From contig JAFODS010000001.1 in NCBI GenBank assembly GCA_017380575.1, positions 32,713-96,712 of the forward strand: a DNA stretch of 64,000 bases, in the 5' to 3' direction. The position numbers and the translations under genes were made by a program. Shown in pieces: positions 43,779 to 53,007 of the stretch; the stretch's first letter is position 1; the number at the start of each line of letters is the position of its first letter. The notes under the pieces are model-generated. The model did no database searches and was not told where the DNA came from. It saw only the letters and a list, made by a program, of their open reading frames with translations. The stretch is from Clostridia bacterium (lineage in GTDB: Bacteria; Bacillota; Clostridia; Oscillospirales; Acutalibacteraceae).

Positions 43779-44489
43779 TTGAAAATTAAGCTGTCTGTGG
43801 TAAAATTTAAAAAAGAAGGCGGTGATTTTTTGGCGAATATAAGAATTGATAATCTTTCGGGCGATACCGTAACGGTTTTGCTTGATGAAAAGCAACAGAC
43901 GGTTGAAGAAGACGGCAGAGTTACGTTCGACTCGCTTGAAAAGGGTGTGCACACTCTTCGCATTCACCGAACAAGAGTGCCGCTTGAAACCGCAACATTA
44001 CAGAGTGAACAGGAAAAATCATTTCAGGAGCAGATGGAAGGCAACAACAGAAGTCTTCACACTCCGCTTGATTATATAACGGAAGTTGACCTTAATTCGT
44101 CAAAGGCTGTTGTTACCGTCAGATCAGACATCACAGCAAAGGAAGGCAAGGGTCTTGACGTTATTTTTGCCTCATATTCCGTAACGGCAACGGGTGCAAA
44201 GGTTGAAAACGGACACAAATGTTTTGCAAATTCCGCGGTGAAGAAAAGCTTCGTTTCGCACGGCATTAAAAACACACTTTTTCCGACGGGAGTCTGCGGA
44301 ATAATTGTTCTGTTGCTTGCAGTTGTTTCTCTTGCCTGTGCGATTGCAGGTAAGCCGATCAACCTCGGCGGTACGCTGTTCACTCTTCCGTGGGCATCGG
44401 GACTGACTGCCGTTTCGGTTGCAGTCTGCGGTTATGCAATATTCTGTATTATAAATGTAATAAAAACAGCAAAAGATTTAAGCGAATAA
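43779..44489 (+). CDS. Hypothetical protein with two C-terminal TM segments; the start is uncertain (TTG near 43830 is possible)
   Basis: Long ORF with coding-like composition and no recognisable motif. Confidence 0.5.
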   Translation: MKIKLSVVKFKKEGGDFLANIRIDNLSGDTVTVLLDEKQQTVEEDGRVTFDSLEKGVHTLRIHRTRVPLETATLQSEQEKSFQEQMEGNNRSLHTPLDYITEVDLNSSKAVVTVRSDITAKEGKGLDVIFASYSVTATGAKVENGHKCFANSAVKKSFVSHGIKNTLFPTGVCGIIVLLLAVVSLACAIAGKPINLGGTLFTLPWASGLTAVSVAVCGYAIFCIINVIKTAKDLSE

Positions 44490-44503
44490 AAGGAGGTTGC
44501 GAT

Positions 44504-45253
44504 ATGGGACGGATTCCTACCGAGCGAGTGCTCGACAAGCTTGACGAACACTTCAGCCGAAACGATTACGATTCAGCAGAAAAACATCTTTTATATTGGC
44601 TCGGCGAAGCAAATTTGATTGATGACAAAAGAAGTGCACTTCTTTTTCTCAACGAGCTTGCAGGCCTTTACCGCAAACTTTCAAAGGAAGAAAAAGCGAT
44701 TGAAACCGTTTCTTCCCTTCTTGACCTGATTGCAAAAATGGGAATCGAAAACAACGTCGGTGCAGGCACAACGTATATCAACTGTGCAACTGTATACAAA
44801 GCATTCGGAAAAGCAGAAGAAGCTCTTCCTCTTTTTGAAAAAGCAAAAGACGTTTATGAAAAAAATCTTCCGTCGGACGACAAGCGATTTGGCGGACTTT
44901 ATAACAATATGGCTCTTGCACTCGTTGACCTTGAGCGATTCAGCGAAGCTTACGAGCTTTACGAAAAAGCAATTTCCGTTATGGCAAATGCCGACGACGG
45001 TGACCTTGAGGTTGCAATAACATACCTCAACATCGCAAGTGCGAAAGAAGCCGAGCTTGGTGCGGAAGAGAGCGAAGCACAAATCAGGGATTACGTTGAA
45101 AAGGCAATGAAAATCTTCGATGAACACGAAAACAGGGACGGCTATTATGCTTTTGTCTGCGAAAAATGTGCATCTGTTTTCGGATATTTCGGTTATTTTA
45201 TTTACGAAAAAGAGTTAGAAAAGAGAGCAAGGGAAATTTATGAAAGGTCTTGA
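44504..45253 (+). CDS. Tetratricopeptide-repeat protein
   Basis: The ATG at 44504 has an AAAGGAGG RBS. TPR-like repeats are present (AxxxYxxAL / YNNMALAL / YLNIASA). Confidence 0.7.
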   Translation: MGRIPTERVLDKLDEHFSRNDYDSAEKHLLYWLGEANLIDDKRSALLFLNELAGLYRKLSKEEKAIETVSSLLDLIAKMGIENNVGAGTTYINCATVYKAFGKAEEALPLFEKAKDVYEKNLPSDDKRFGGLYNNMALALVDLERFSEAYELYEKAISVMANADDGDLEVAITYLNIASAKEAELGAEESEAQIRDYVEKAMKIFDEHENRDGYYAFVCEKCASVFGYFGYFIYEKELEKRAREIYERS

Positions 45254-46169
45254 ACTTTCTGAAAAGTTTTATTATGAATACGGCGAAAAGATGATTAAAG
45301 AAAACTTTGCCGATGTTGAAAAATATCTTGCCGTCGGTCTTGCAGGAAGCGGTTCGGAATGCTTTGGCTTTGACGACGAAATTTCTCAGGATCACGATTT
45401 TGAGCCGGGATTCTGCATTTTTATCCCCGACGAAATTGATTCAAAAACGGAATTTCAGCTTGAAAGAGCTTATGCAAAGCTCCCGAAAGAGTTTATGGGT
45501 TACAAGCGAAGTCCGCTGAATCCCGTTGGCGGTAACCGTCACGGTGTTATTAAAATCAGCAGATTCTTTGAAGAAAAAACAGGAAGCAAAACTGCGGATA
45601 TCCCCACTGTCGGATGGTTCTGCATTGCAGAGCAATTTCCTGCGGAAGCGACAAACGGAAAAATATTCTGCGATAATTTCGGGATGATGACACAGCTCCG
45701 TGAAAAAATTGCCTATATGCCTGAGGACGTACGCCTGAAAAAGCTTGCAGGAAACATCCTTCTTATGGCACAATCGGGACAGTACAATTATCCGCGTTGT
45801 ATTAAACGTGGCGAAACCGCAGCCGCACAGCTTGCCGTCGGTGAATTTGTGAATACCGCACTGAAGGTGATTTTCCTTCTCAACAAAAAATATATACCGT
45901 ATTATAAATGGACTTTCCGTGCCCTGAAAGACCTCGGAAAGCTCAGCGATTTGTACGGTGACCTTGAATATCTTATTTCAAGCGACAACACTGAGGCTGA
46001 AAAAAAGCAGGAGATAATCGAAAAAATTTCCGCCCGCGTAATTGATGAACTGAAGGCTCAGGAGCTGACAAAAATCAGCTCGCCGAACCTTGAACCGCAC
46101 GCGTATTCCGTCAACGATAGAATAAAGGATGGCGAAATCAGAAACCTTAACATTCTTTATGCAGTCTGA
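45240..46169 (+). CDS. Pol-beta-superfamily nucleotidyltransferase-like protein (DUF4037-like)
   Basis: GLAGSGSECFGFDDEISQDHD matches the GS...D.D nucleotidyltransferase motif. It overlaps the TPR gene by 14 nt. Confidence 0.65.
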   Translation: MKGLELSEKFYYEYGEKMIKENFADVEKYLAVGLAGSGSECFGFDDEISQDHDFEPGFCIFIPDEIDSKTEFQLERAYAKLPKEFMGYKRSPLNPVGGNRHGVIKISRFFEEKTGSKTADIPTVGWFCIAEQFPAEATNGKIFCDNFGMMTQLREKIAYMPEDVRLKKLAGNILLMAQSGQYNYPRCIKRGETAAAQLAVGEFVNTALKVIFLLNKKYIPYYKWTFRALKDLGKLSDLYGDLEYLISSDNTEAEKKQEIIEKISARVIDELKAQELTKISSPNLEPHAYSVNDRIKDGEIRNLNILYAV

Positions 46170-46219
46170 GCTTTGTTTTTGCACAGCAACAAAATTTTTC
46201 GGAAAATAAGGAGAGCCTG

Positions 46220-46843
46220 ATGCTTACCGTAAACCCTGAACTGATGTTTTTTGTCAAAGAGAATATTTTTCCCGAATACAGCAAAAACGATGCAGGTCAT
46301 TCGATTGCACATATTGATTATGTAATCCGAAGAAGCCTGAAATTCGCAGAGCAGTTTGAGGGGATAGATGCGGATGTTGTTTATGCCGTTGCGGCTTTTC
46401 ACGATATCGCACATCACATCGATAAAAAGAATCACGAAAAGCTTTCTGCAGATATTTTTTATTCCGATGAAAGAATGAAAAAGTTTTTCTCCGAAGAGCA
46501 GAGAGCGATAATCAAAGAAGCGATTGAAGACCACCGAGCTTCCCTTGAAGGTGAGCCTCGGAGCGATTACGGAAAAATTATTTCCTCGGCTGACCGTTCA
46601 ACTGACGCGGAAGAATTTCTTCGCCGTACCCATGCTTATACGCTCAGGTATTTTAAAGGGATTTCAGAAGACGAAGTTATCGGACGCGGATACAGCCATA
46701 CGCTTGAAAAGTACGGAAGCAAAGGCTATGCGAAGCACTATGTCGCTGATGAGGAATACGAAAACTTCAGAAAATATATAAATTTCCTTTTGCAGGACAG
46801 AAAAGTTTTTGAAAAGAAATACAGAGAAATTAACGGACTTTAA
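46220..46843 (+). CDS. HD-domain phosphohydrolase
   Basis: HSIAHIDYV ... AAFHDIAHHID. Confidence 0.75.
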   Translation: MLTVNPELMFFVKENIFPEYSKNDAGHSIAHIDYVIRRSLKFAEQFEGIDADVVYAVAAFHDIAHHIDKKNHEKLSADIFYSDERMKKFFSEEQRAIIKEAIEDHRASLEGEPRSDYGKIISSADRSTDAEEFLRRTHAYTLRYFKGISEDEVIGRGYSHTLEKYGSKGYAKHYVADEEYENFRKYINFLLQDRKVFEKKYREINGL

Positions 46844-46845
46844 TT

Positions 46846-47352
46846 ATGGTTATTTTAATTACAGGTGCATCGCACACAGGCAAAACCTTACTTGCACAGA
46901 AAATGCTTGAAAAATATAAATACCCGTATCTTTCAATCGACCACCTGAAAATGGGTCTGATACGAAGCGGTAATACAAGTCTTACACCCCTGAGTGATGA
47001 CAGGAAGTTGACCGCATATCTTTGGCCGATTGTCCGTGAGATGATTAAAACCGCAGTTGAAAACGAGCAGGATTTAATTGTCGAGGGTTGCTATATACCG
47101 CCCGACTGGGCAGAGGATTTCACGGAAGAGTATCTTTGCGAAATCAAGTGCTACTGCCTTGTGATGAGCGAAAAATATATTGAAAATCATTTTGACGATA
47201 TAATCGGATATGCTGATGTTATCGAAAAACGCCTTGACGATGACTGCACAAAGCAGAGCGTGCTGGAAGATAACGCTTATTTTGCAGAGTTTGCAAAAGG
47301 GCGAAACGTGAACTGCATTTTGATTGATGAACGCTACGAAACAGATTTATAA
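46846..47352 (+). CDS. P-loop NTPase / small-molecule-kinase-like protein
   Basis: Walker A is ITGASHTGKT. 168 aa. It starts 2 nt after the HD gene stop. Confidence 0.65.
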   Translation: MVILITGASHTGKTLLAQKMLEKYKYPYLSIDHLKMGLIRSGNTSLTPLSDDRKLTAYLWPIVREMIKTAVENEQDLIVEGCYIPPDWAEDFTEEYLCEIKCYCLVMSEKYIENHFDDIIGYADVIEKRLDDDCTKQSVLEDNAYFAEFAKGRNVNCILIDERYETDL

Positions 47353-47362
47353 GGAGAGCCTG

Positions 47363-49375
47363 ATGTCTGAAATTTTTCACAACATAGGAATACTTGCACA
47401 CGTTGACTCGGGAAAAACAACTCTTACCGAGCAGCTTCTGTATCTCACGGGTGCAATCCGTAATGCAGGCAGCGTTGACGCAGGTACAACGGCAACGGAC
47501 AGCCTTTCTGTTGAAAAGCAGAGGGGTATTTCCGTGCGCACGGCAACGGCTTCAGCTCAGTGGAAGGGCGTTACGGTCAACATAATAGACACCCCGGGTC
47601 ATATTGACTTTGCGGGTGAGGTTGAACGTGCAATTTCTGCCCTTGATTACGCTGTTGTGATTGTTTCTGCGGTTGAGGGAGTCCGTGCACATACTGAAAA
47701 TATTCTTAAATCACTTGATGCGGCAAAGCTTCCGCGTATAATTTTTATCAATAAAATCGACCGCACAGGTGCAGATACTTCTAAGGTTCTTGACGAGCTT
47801 AAGGGAATTTCTTCTCAGTCGCATCTTGTGCTTTCGCAGATTGAAAATGAGGGCGAAGAAAACACAAGGGTAACAGCGGTTGACGGCGATGCCTTCAGGC
47901 AGAATGCAACCGAAGCACTTGCCGACATCTGCGACGAAGCGGCAGATGCTTTTTTATGCGAAGAGTTACTTTCAACCGAACGTGCAAACGAGCTTGTTAA
48001 GAGCGAAATTTCTGCCTGCAACCTGACTCCCGTAGTTTTCGGAAGTGCGAAATATTCAATCGGTATTGAAGAGCTTGCGGATGCACTTGTTAAGTTTATG
48101 CCCGATTCGGAAAGAAGAAAAACCGAGGATTTGTGCGGAATAATTTTTAAAATTGAGCACGACAAATCCCTTGGAAAGATTTCACATATAAGACTTTTCG
48201 GCGGAGAAATCGCAAACCGTGACGAGGTTGAGCTTTTCGCTCCCGAAGAAAAAATAACCGTTCAGTCCGATGCTGTTGAAATTGAGGCAAAGCCTCCCGT
48301 AAAAGAAAAGGTTTCGCAGATTAAAAAATTCTGCGGTGCAAAAAGTACGGACACGGGAATTATTAAAAGCGGTGACGTTGCCGCTGTCTGCGGTCTGCCG
48401 AGTGCGAAGACGGGACATTTCGTCGGCTCGGTTGCCGTCAGCGAAGCTGCAAAGCTCGTTAATCCGTTTCTGCGTGTAAAGGTAACACCGTCGGATTCCG
48501 ACCCTTTGAAAATCCCTGCACTTGCGGCAGCTCTCGGTGAGCTTTCGGACGAAGAGCCGTACATCGATGCAAAATGGGAAAACGGACAGAAGGAAATTAC
48601 AATCAGCACGACGGGCAAAATTCAGCTTGAGGTGCTTTCGAATCTTTTAAAGGAACGCTACGACCTTTCGGCAGAGTTTTCACCGCCAACGGTCATTTAC
48701 AAGGAAACTCCGTCAGGAAAAGGCTTTGCACGTGCAAGGTATACGATGCCGAAGCCCTGCTGGGCTGTGGTTGATTTTCTGTTTGAGCCGATGCCTCGCG
48801 GTTATGGTGTTTCATACCACGGCAGACTGCCGTCAAATCAATGCTTCTATCGGTATCAGTCACACATCCGAACGTCGTTCAACTCCTGCCTTGAACAGGG
48901 TCTTTACGGCTGGGAAGTGACGGACTTCAAATGCACGCTTGTCGGCGGTGAGCATCACACAATACATACTCATCCGCTGGATTTCTTTGTCTGCACACCG
49001 ATGGCGTTTATGAACGGACTTTCGGAAATCGGTTCAACAATTCTTGAACCGCTTCTTAAAATAAGAGTAACGGCACCCGAAGAGCTTTCGGGAAAGATTT
49101 TCTCAGAGATAATTAAAATGGGCGGTGAATATGACACGCCTGTTATTCGTTCGGGAATTGCAACGCTTGAGGCGATTGTGCCCGTTGCAACCTCGATGAA
49201 TTTCCCTGAAAGGCTTGCAACACTTTCTTCGGGAAAGGCTGTTCTTTCACAGAATTTTTACGGTTACCGCGAATGCCGTGACTCAGAAGAGCATATCAAC
49301 CCAAGACGCGGTGTAAATCCGCTTGACCGTTCAAAATGGATTTTGTGGGCAAGGGGCGCTTACCAATCGGAATGA
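47363..49375 (+). CDS. Translational GTPase of the Tet(M)/Tet(O) ribosomal-protection / EF-G-like family
   Basis: The N-terminal 150 aa align motif-for-motif with Tet(M): GILAHVDSGKTTLTEQLLY, EKQRGISV, NIIDTPGH and INKIDR. Length is 670 aa. AAGGAGAG RBS is present. Confidence 0.8.
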   Translation: MSEIFHNIGILAHVDSGKTTLTEQLLYLTGAIRNAGSVDAGTTATDSLSVEKQRGISVRTATASAQWKGVTVNIIDTPGHIDFAGEVERAISALDYAVVIVSAVEGVRAHTENILKSLDAAKLPRIIFINKIDRTGADTSKVLDELKGISSQSHLVLSQIENEGEENTRVTAVDGDAFRQNATEALADICDEAADAFLCEELLSTERANELVKSEISACNLTPVVFGSAKYSIGIEELADALVKFMPDSERRKTEDLCGIIFKIEHDKSLGKISHIRLFGGEIANRDEVELFAPEEKITVQSDAVEIEAKPPVKEKVSQIKKFCGAKSTDTGIIKSGDVAAVCGLPSAKTGHFVGSVAVSEAAKLVNPFLRVKVTPSDSDPLKIPALAAALGELSDEEPYIDAKWENGQKEITISTTGKIQLEVLSNLLKERYDLSAEFSPPTVIYKETPSGKGFARARYTMPKPCWAVVDFLFEPMPRGYGVSYHGRLPSNQCFYRYQSHIRTSFNSCLEQGLYGWEVTDFKCTLVGGEHHTIHTHPLDFFVCTPMAFMNGLSEIGSTILEPLLKIRVTAPEELSGKIFSEIIKMGGEYDTPVIRSGIATLEAIVPVATSMNFPERLATLSSGKAVLSQNFYGYRECRDSEEHINPRRGVNPLDRSKWILWARGAYQSE

Positions 49376-49385
49376 GGTGTTTTAA

Positions 49386-50132
49386 ATGAAAATTATCGGC
49401 AGTGACTATGACGGAACGCTGAATTACGGCGGTATTGACGAAGTGAAGCTTGCCGCAATTGAAAAATGGCGTAATGCTGGAAATTTTTTTGCACTCGTCA
49501 GCGGAAGAGGTCCCGACGGTGTTCTTGAGCTTTATGAGGAAAAGAAATTCGGCTGTGATTATCTTGTTGCGAACAACGGTGCGGTAATCCTTAAGCCTGA
49601 CGGGGAAGAAATTTACGTTGCAAAGTGCGACCCGAAAATTGCAAAGCCTCTTGTGAAGCATCTTTTTGAAAACGGATGCGAATGGGCACACGTGCAGACT
49701 AACTTTTACTGCAGAGTTTTTGCGGACGAAAAGAACTGCACAAAGAAGGGCGAATATACCCTTGAAACAATGCCCGACGTTCCGTATTTTTCACAGATTA
49801 ACACTCAGCTTCCGACCTTTGAAGAGTCTGCAAAGGTGACGGCTTCTGTAAATGAGGCTTTCGGAGAAGAGCTGAACCCGTTGCAGAACGGTGAATGCCT
49901 TGATATTGTCCGCAAGGACATCAACAAGGCTGTGGGACTGTATAAGCTTGCGGAAATTCTTTCGGCAAAAAAAGAAGATATCATCGCCGTCGGCGACAAT
50001 ATCAACGATACACATATGATTGCGGAGTTCCGTTCTTATGCGATGGAAAACGCGGTGGATTCAATCAAAGAGCTTGCGGATTTTGTAACACCGAGCGTAA
50101 CCGACCTTATCCAAAAGGAACTTGCAGAATAA
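49386..50132 (+). CDS. HAD-superfamily hydrolase, Cof-type (subfamily IIB)
   Basis: GSDYDGTL at the N-terminus and GDNINDTHM near the C-terminus. Confidence 0.85.
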   Translation: MKIIGSDYDGTLNYGGIDEVKLAAIEKWRNAGNFFALVSGRGPDGVLELYEEKKFGCDYLVANNGAVILKPDGEEIYVAKCDPKIAKPLVKHLFENGCEWAHVQTNFYCRVFADEKNCTKKGEYTLETMPDVPYFSQINTQLPTFEESAKVTASVNEAFGEELNPLQNGECLDIVRKDINKAVGLYKLAEILSAKKEDIIAVGDNINDTHMIAEFRSYAMENAVDSIKELADFVTPSVTDLIQKELAE

Positions 50133-50140
50133 TAAAATGA

Positions 50141-50186
50141 AAAGAGACTGTAAAAACGATTTGTTTTTTACAGTCTGTCTCTTTTT
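50141..50186 (+). terminator. Rho-independent terminator of the six-gene unit
   Basis: Long stem (aaagagactgtaaaaa / ttttttacagtctgtctcttt, with a bulge) followed by TTT. Confidence 0.8.
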
Positions 50187-50433
50187 AGGGGATAGAAAAA
50201 AATGCGCAGAATGAACAAACTGAGCCAAAACAAAACTTTTGTTTTGTTTTGGGTACCCGAAGGCGTACAAAGGTACGTCGAGTGGCGAAGTTTGTTTATA
50301 GCATAAAACGTTATTAAAAAAATATTTTTTTGTTTATTATGTTTTTAAGGGTTTCTTCAGGTATTAAAACTTTGAAGAAACCCTTTCTTTGCTTGTTTTA
50401 TGCGGTCTGCACTTTTTTGGCATCCCCTTGTTT

Positions 50434-51396
50434 TTATCCGTTTAAAATCGGAAGTCCGTTTTCATCCCAACGGACGTTTCTTTTTCTTGCACTTCTGCAT
50501 GGGTCATAGAGTGAATCTTCGTGTGAATATCCGCACTTGCCGTCAAAGCACTTCTTGTCGCGTGAATGGTAAACGAAAACCCAGTTACCGTATTCATCCT
50601 TGACAAAACAGTTGTGTCCCGGTCCGTATTCTTCGTAAAGGTCGTCGGATGTCAGTAACGGTCGGTCAAGCTTTGTCCAGTTTGAAATATCAAGAAGGTC
50701 TGCTCCTTCGTCTGCATACATCATTCCGATACAGTATTCGGGTCCTGTTGCCGAAGCGGAAAAAGCAAGATAAACCTTTCCGTTTTCAATCATAACCGCA
50801 GGGCCTTCGTTAACGGGGATACGCACCTTTTCCCAATCGTATTCGGGCTTTGTAAGAAGCACGGCAGGGGAGGTTGTTTTCCAAGGCTCCTTCGGGTCAA
50901 CCGTTGCAATGTAAACGTTGGAATTTCCGTCCGTTTGTGCCCACGCAACGTAGGATTTACCGCCCGATTCAAAATAAGTCATATCAAGCGAAAACCAACG
51001 GAAGGAAAATTCGTCGCCCTCGCAAGCCTGAAAACGTCCCTTGTCAATCCACTTGTCGGTGTAAGGGTCATCGCCTTCGCACGCAATAACGTGGCATCGG
51101 ATATCCCATACGTTGTCTGCACTGTCGCTTGCGGCAAAGAAAACGTACCATTTGCCGTCAATTTCGTGAATCTCGGGTGCCCAGATATAACGGTGAGCTG
51201 ACGGTGTATCTTTTTCGTCCCAGATTGTAATTTCTTCAGCCTCTGCAAGACCTTCAACCGTCCTTGACCTGCGAAGAATAATTCTGTCGTATCCCTCGGG
51301 GTCTGCACCTCCGCACATCGGGTAAGATGCCGTGAAGTAATACCAACCGTCGCTGCCCTTTGTTATATAAGGATCTGCTCTGTTTTCAATTAAAAT
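50434..51396 (-). CDS. Glycoside hydrolase family 43 domain protein with no canonical start codon (possible fusion or frameshift partner of the upstream gene, or a pseudogene)
   Basis: ENRADPYITKGSDGWYYF and WAPEIHEIDGKWYVFFAA are GH43-like. The frame is open from the TAA stop at 51409-51411 (minus strand), just upstream, but contains no ATG, GTG or TTG before codon MCGG at 51318. The upper coordinate is nominal. Confidence 0.7.
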   Translation of the reverse strand: MLIENRADPYITKGSDGWYYFTASYPMCGGADPEGYDRIILRRSRTVEGLAEAEEITIWDEKDTPSAHRYIWAPEIHEIDGKWYVFFAASDSADNVWDIRCHVIACEGDDPYTDKWIDKGRFQACEGDEFSFRWFSLDMTYFESGGKSYVAWAQTDGNSNVYIATVDPKEPWKTTSPAVLLTKPEYDWEKVRIPVNEGPAVMIENGKVYLAFSASATGPEYCIGMMYADEGADLLDISNWTKLDRPLLTSDDLYEEYGPGHNCFVKDEYGNWVFVYHSRDKKCFDGKCGYSHEDSLYDPCRSARKRNVRWDENGLPILNG

Positions 51397-52847
51397 TTCA
51401 GTTTTTTTTTACCAAACAAACCGCCATCTTCTTTCAGGTTCTGAATATCTCTTACGAGATAATCGATTTTTGTGTAAACCCAGCCGATAACCTCAACAAC
51501 CTTGTAAAGAACTCTTTTAAGAACGTTACCGAAAGATTTATCTTTGAATTCTTCTGAGTGCTTGATTGTAACAGAGTCAAGAAGCTCGCTGTTGTCACCG
51601 CGGAAGGTTTCAAGTGTCATTGTGTCTCCGTTGAAATCAAGCGTTGTGTATGTCGGAGTGTCGTTTTTAAGGAAGCTGTAAGCAAGCCAGTCAGCCTCGT
51701 AGCTTTCGTCTGTCGGTCTTCCGCAGTTTGAGTTAGCGTTGATGTAAAGAACGCCCTTCGGGTCTGTGAATGTTCCGCCACTCGGTGCTTTCTCAACAAT
51801 TTTGTTGTTGTTCATAAAATGTGAACGTCCCTGTGAATGGGTGTGTCCCGTAATAACAAGGTCAAGGTCGAAGCTTTCGAAAATCGGTGCAAAGATTGTT
51901 TTAAGAAGAATCTCTGTTTCCATATCACCGATACAGTCGCCTGCACCGTAAATACCGTGGTGAACAACACCGATTCGCCACTTTGCATCGGGATTGAGCT
52001 TTATAGCCTCTTTTGTAAACGCTCTGTGGTCAGGTGCGTTGCCCGAAGTTGAATCGTAGAACATATAAAGCACATCACCGTAACGGAACCAGAAATCACG
52101 GTCAAGCATTCTGAAGTTTCTGCCGTAATATTCGTTGGGCATATTTGTATAGTATTCGTATGTCATACCCTTTTTGTCGTGGTTGCCGATTGCAAGACCC
52201 ATCGGAAGCGAACGAAGAGTTTCGGGCATAAGAAGGGTCTGCCACTCTGCAGCAGTTTCACCTGTTGATGTGTTGTCACCGGGAGAAACAAGATAAGCGA
52301 TATCGGGATTTTTTTCAACAGCTTCTGCAAGAAGATTGTTCCAACGTAAACCGTCGGCTTTCTGTTCTGTACCGCCGTCGTAGAAGCTTTCCGTAATCTG
52401 AATGTCGCCGACAACCATTGCCTTGTGTCTTCCGAATGACTTTGTTTCGTATAACTTTGTGTCGCTCCAGCTTCCGCCGATGTTCCACTGATAGTAATAC
52501 TTCGTCTTTTCCTCAAGGCCTGTAACTGTTACACGGCAAACGAGCTGAAGGTCGTTTTCTGCAGGTGTTGTTTCACCCTCGAAAATTTTCGCATCGGACA
52601 TATCCGCATTTTTTGAAACCTTAACCTGAGCCTTTGCGGTTGATTTATCCGCGTGCCAGCAAAGGTTAACCTGTGTTTCGTCCGCACCGACGTTAAGGGC
52701 GGGAAGTGTGTTTTCATCAACGAGAGAGCTGTAAAGAGTCTCCCATTCGCTTTCTGTGAGCTTGTTTGAATTCTCTGTGGCTTGTGACATTGTTCCAAGT
52801 TGCATAAACATCAGCATACTCATAAAAACAGCTAAAACTTTTTTCAT
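51390..52847 (-). CDS. Secreted metallophosphoesterase (purple-acid-phosphatase-like N-terminal domain)
   Basis: Signal peptide is present. The motifs are VGDIQ, PGDN, GNHD and TGHTH. It ends ...GKKKLKF within an A9 run on the mRNA. Confidence 0.8.
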   Translation of the reverse strand: MKKVLAVFMSMLMFMQLGTMSQATENSNKLTESEWETLYSSLVDENTLPALNVGADETQVNLCWHADKSTAKAQVKVSKNADMSDAKIFEGETTPAENDLQLVCRVTVTGLEEKTKYYYQWNIGGSWSDTKLYETKSFGRHKAMVVGDIQITESFYDGGTEQKADGLRWNNLLAEAVEKNPDIAYLVSPGDNTSTGETAAEWQTLLMPETLRSLPMGLAIGNHDKKGMTYEYYTNMPNEYYGRNFRMLDRDFWFRYGDVLYMFYDSTSGNAPDHRAFTKEAIKLNPDAKWRIGVVHHGIYGAGDCIGDMETEILLKTIFAPIFESFDLDLVITGHTHSQGRSHFMNNNKIVEKAPSGGTFTDPKGVLYINANSNCGRPTDESYEADWLAYSFLKNDTPTYTTLDFNGDTMTLETFRGDNSELLDSVTIKHSEEFKDKSFGNVLKRVLYKVVEVIGWVYTKIDYLVRDIQNLKEDGGLFGKKKLKF

Positions 52848-53007
52848 GATTTCCTCCGTAAAAATTTTTAATGATATATTTTACCACTTTGCTTCTGAAA
52901 AGTCAAAAAATACAGCAATCTTTTTACAAATATAGTTTGATGTTGAAAAATTTTGAATACTGTGATAATATCATAGCATCAGCACAAACTCTGACGGAGG
53001 TATTTTT

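Noticed and set aside
50190-50300. A small foldback (ccaaaacaaaac-tttt-gttttgttttgg, flanked by AACAAACT / AGTTTGTT) downstream of the HAD operon was considered as an sRNA or another repeat family.
   Set aside because: It is a single copy in this window, shows no similarity to the other repeat families and has no promoter-like signal. The evidence is insufficient beyond noting the hairpin.
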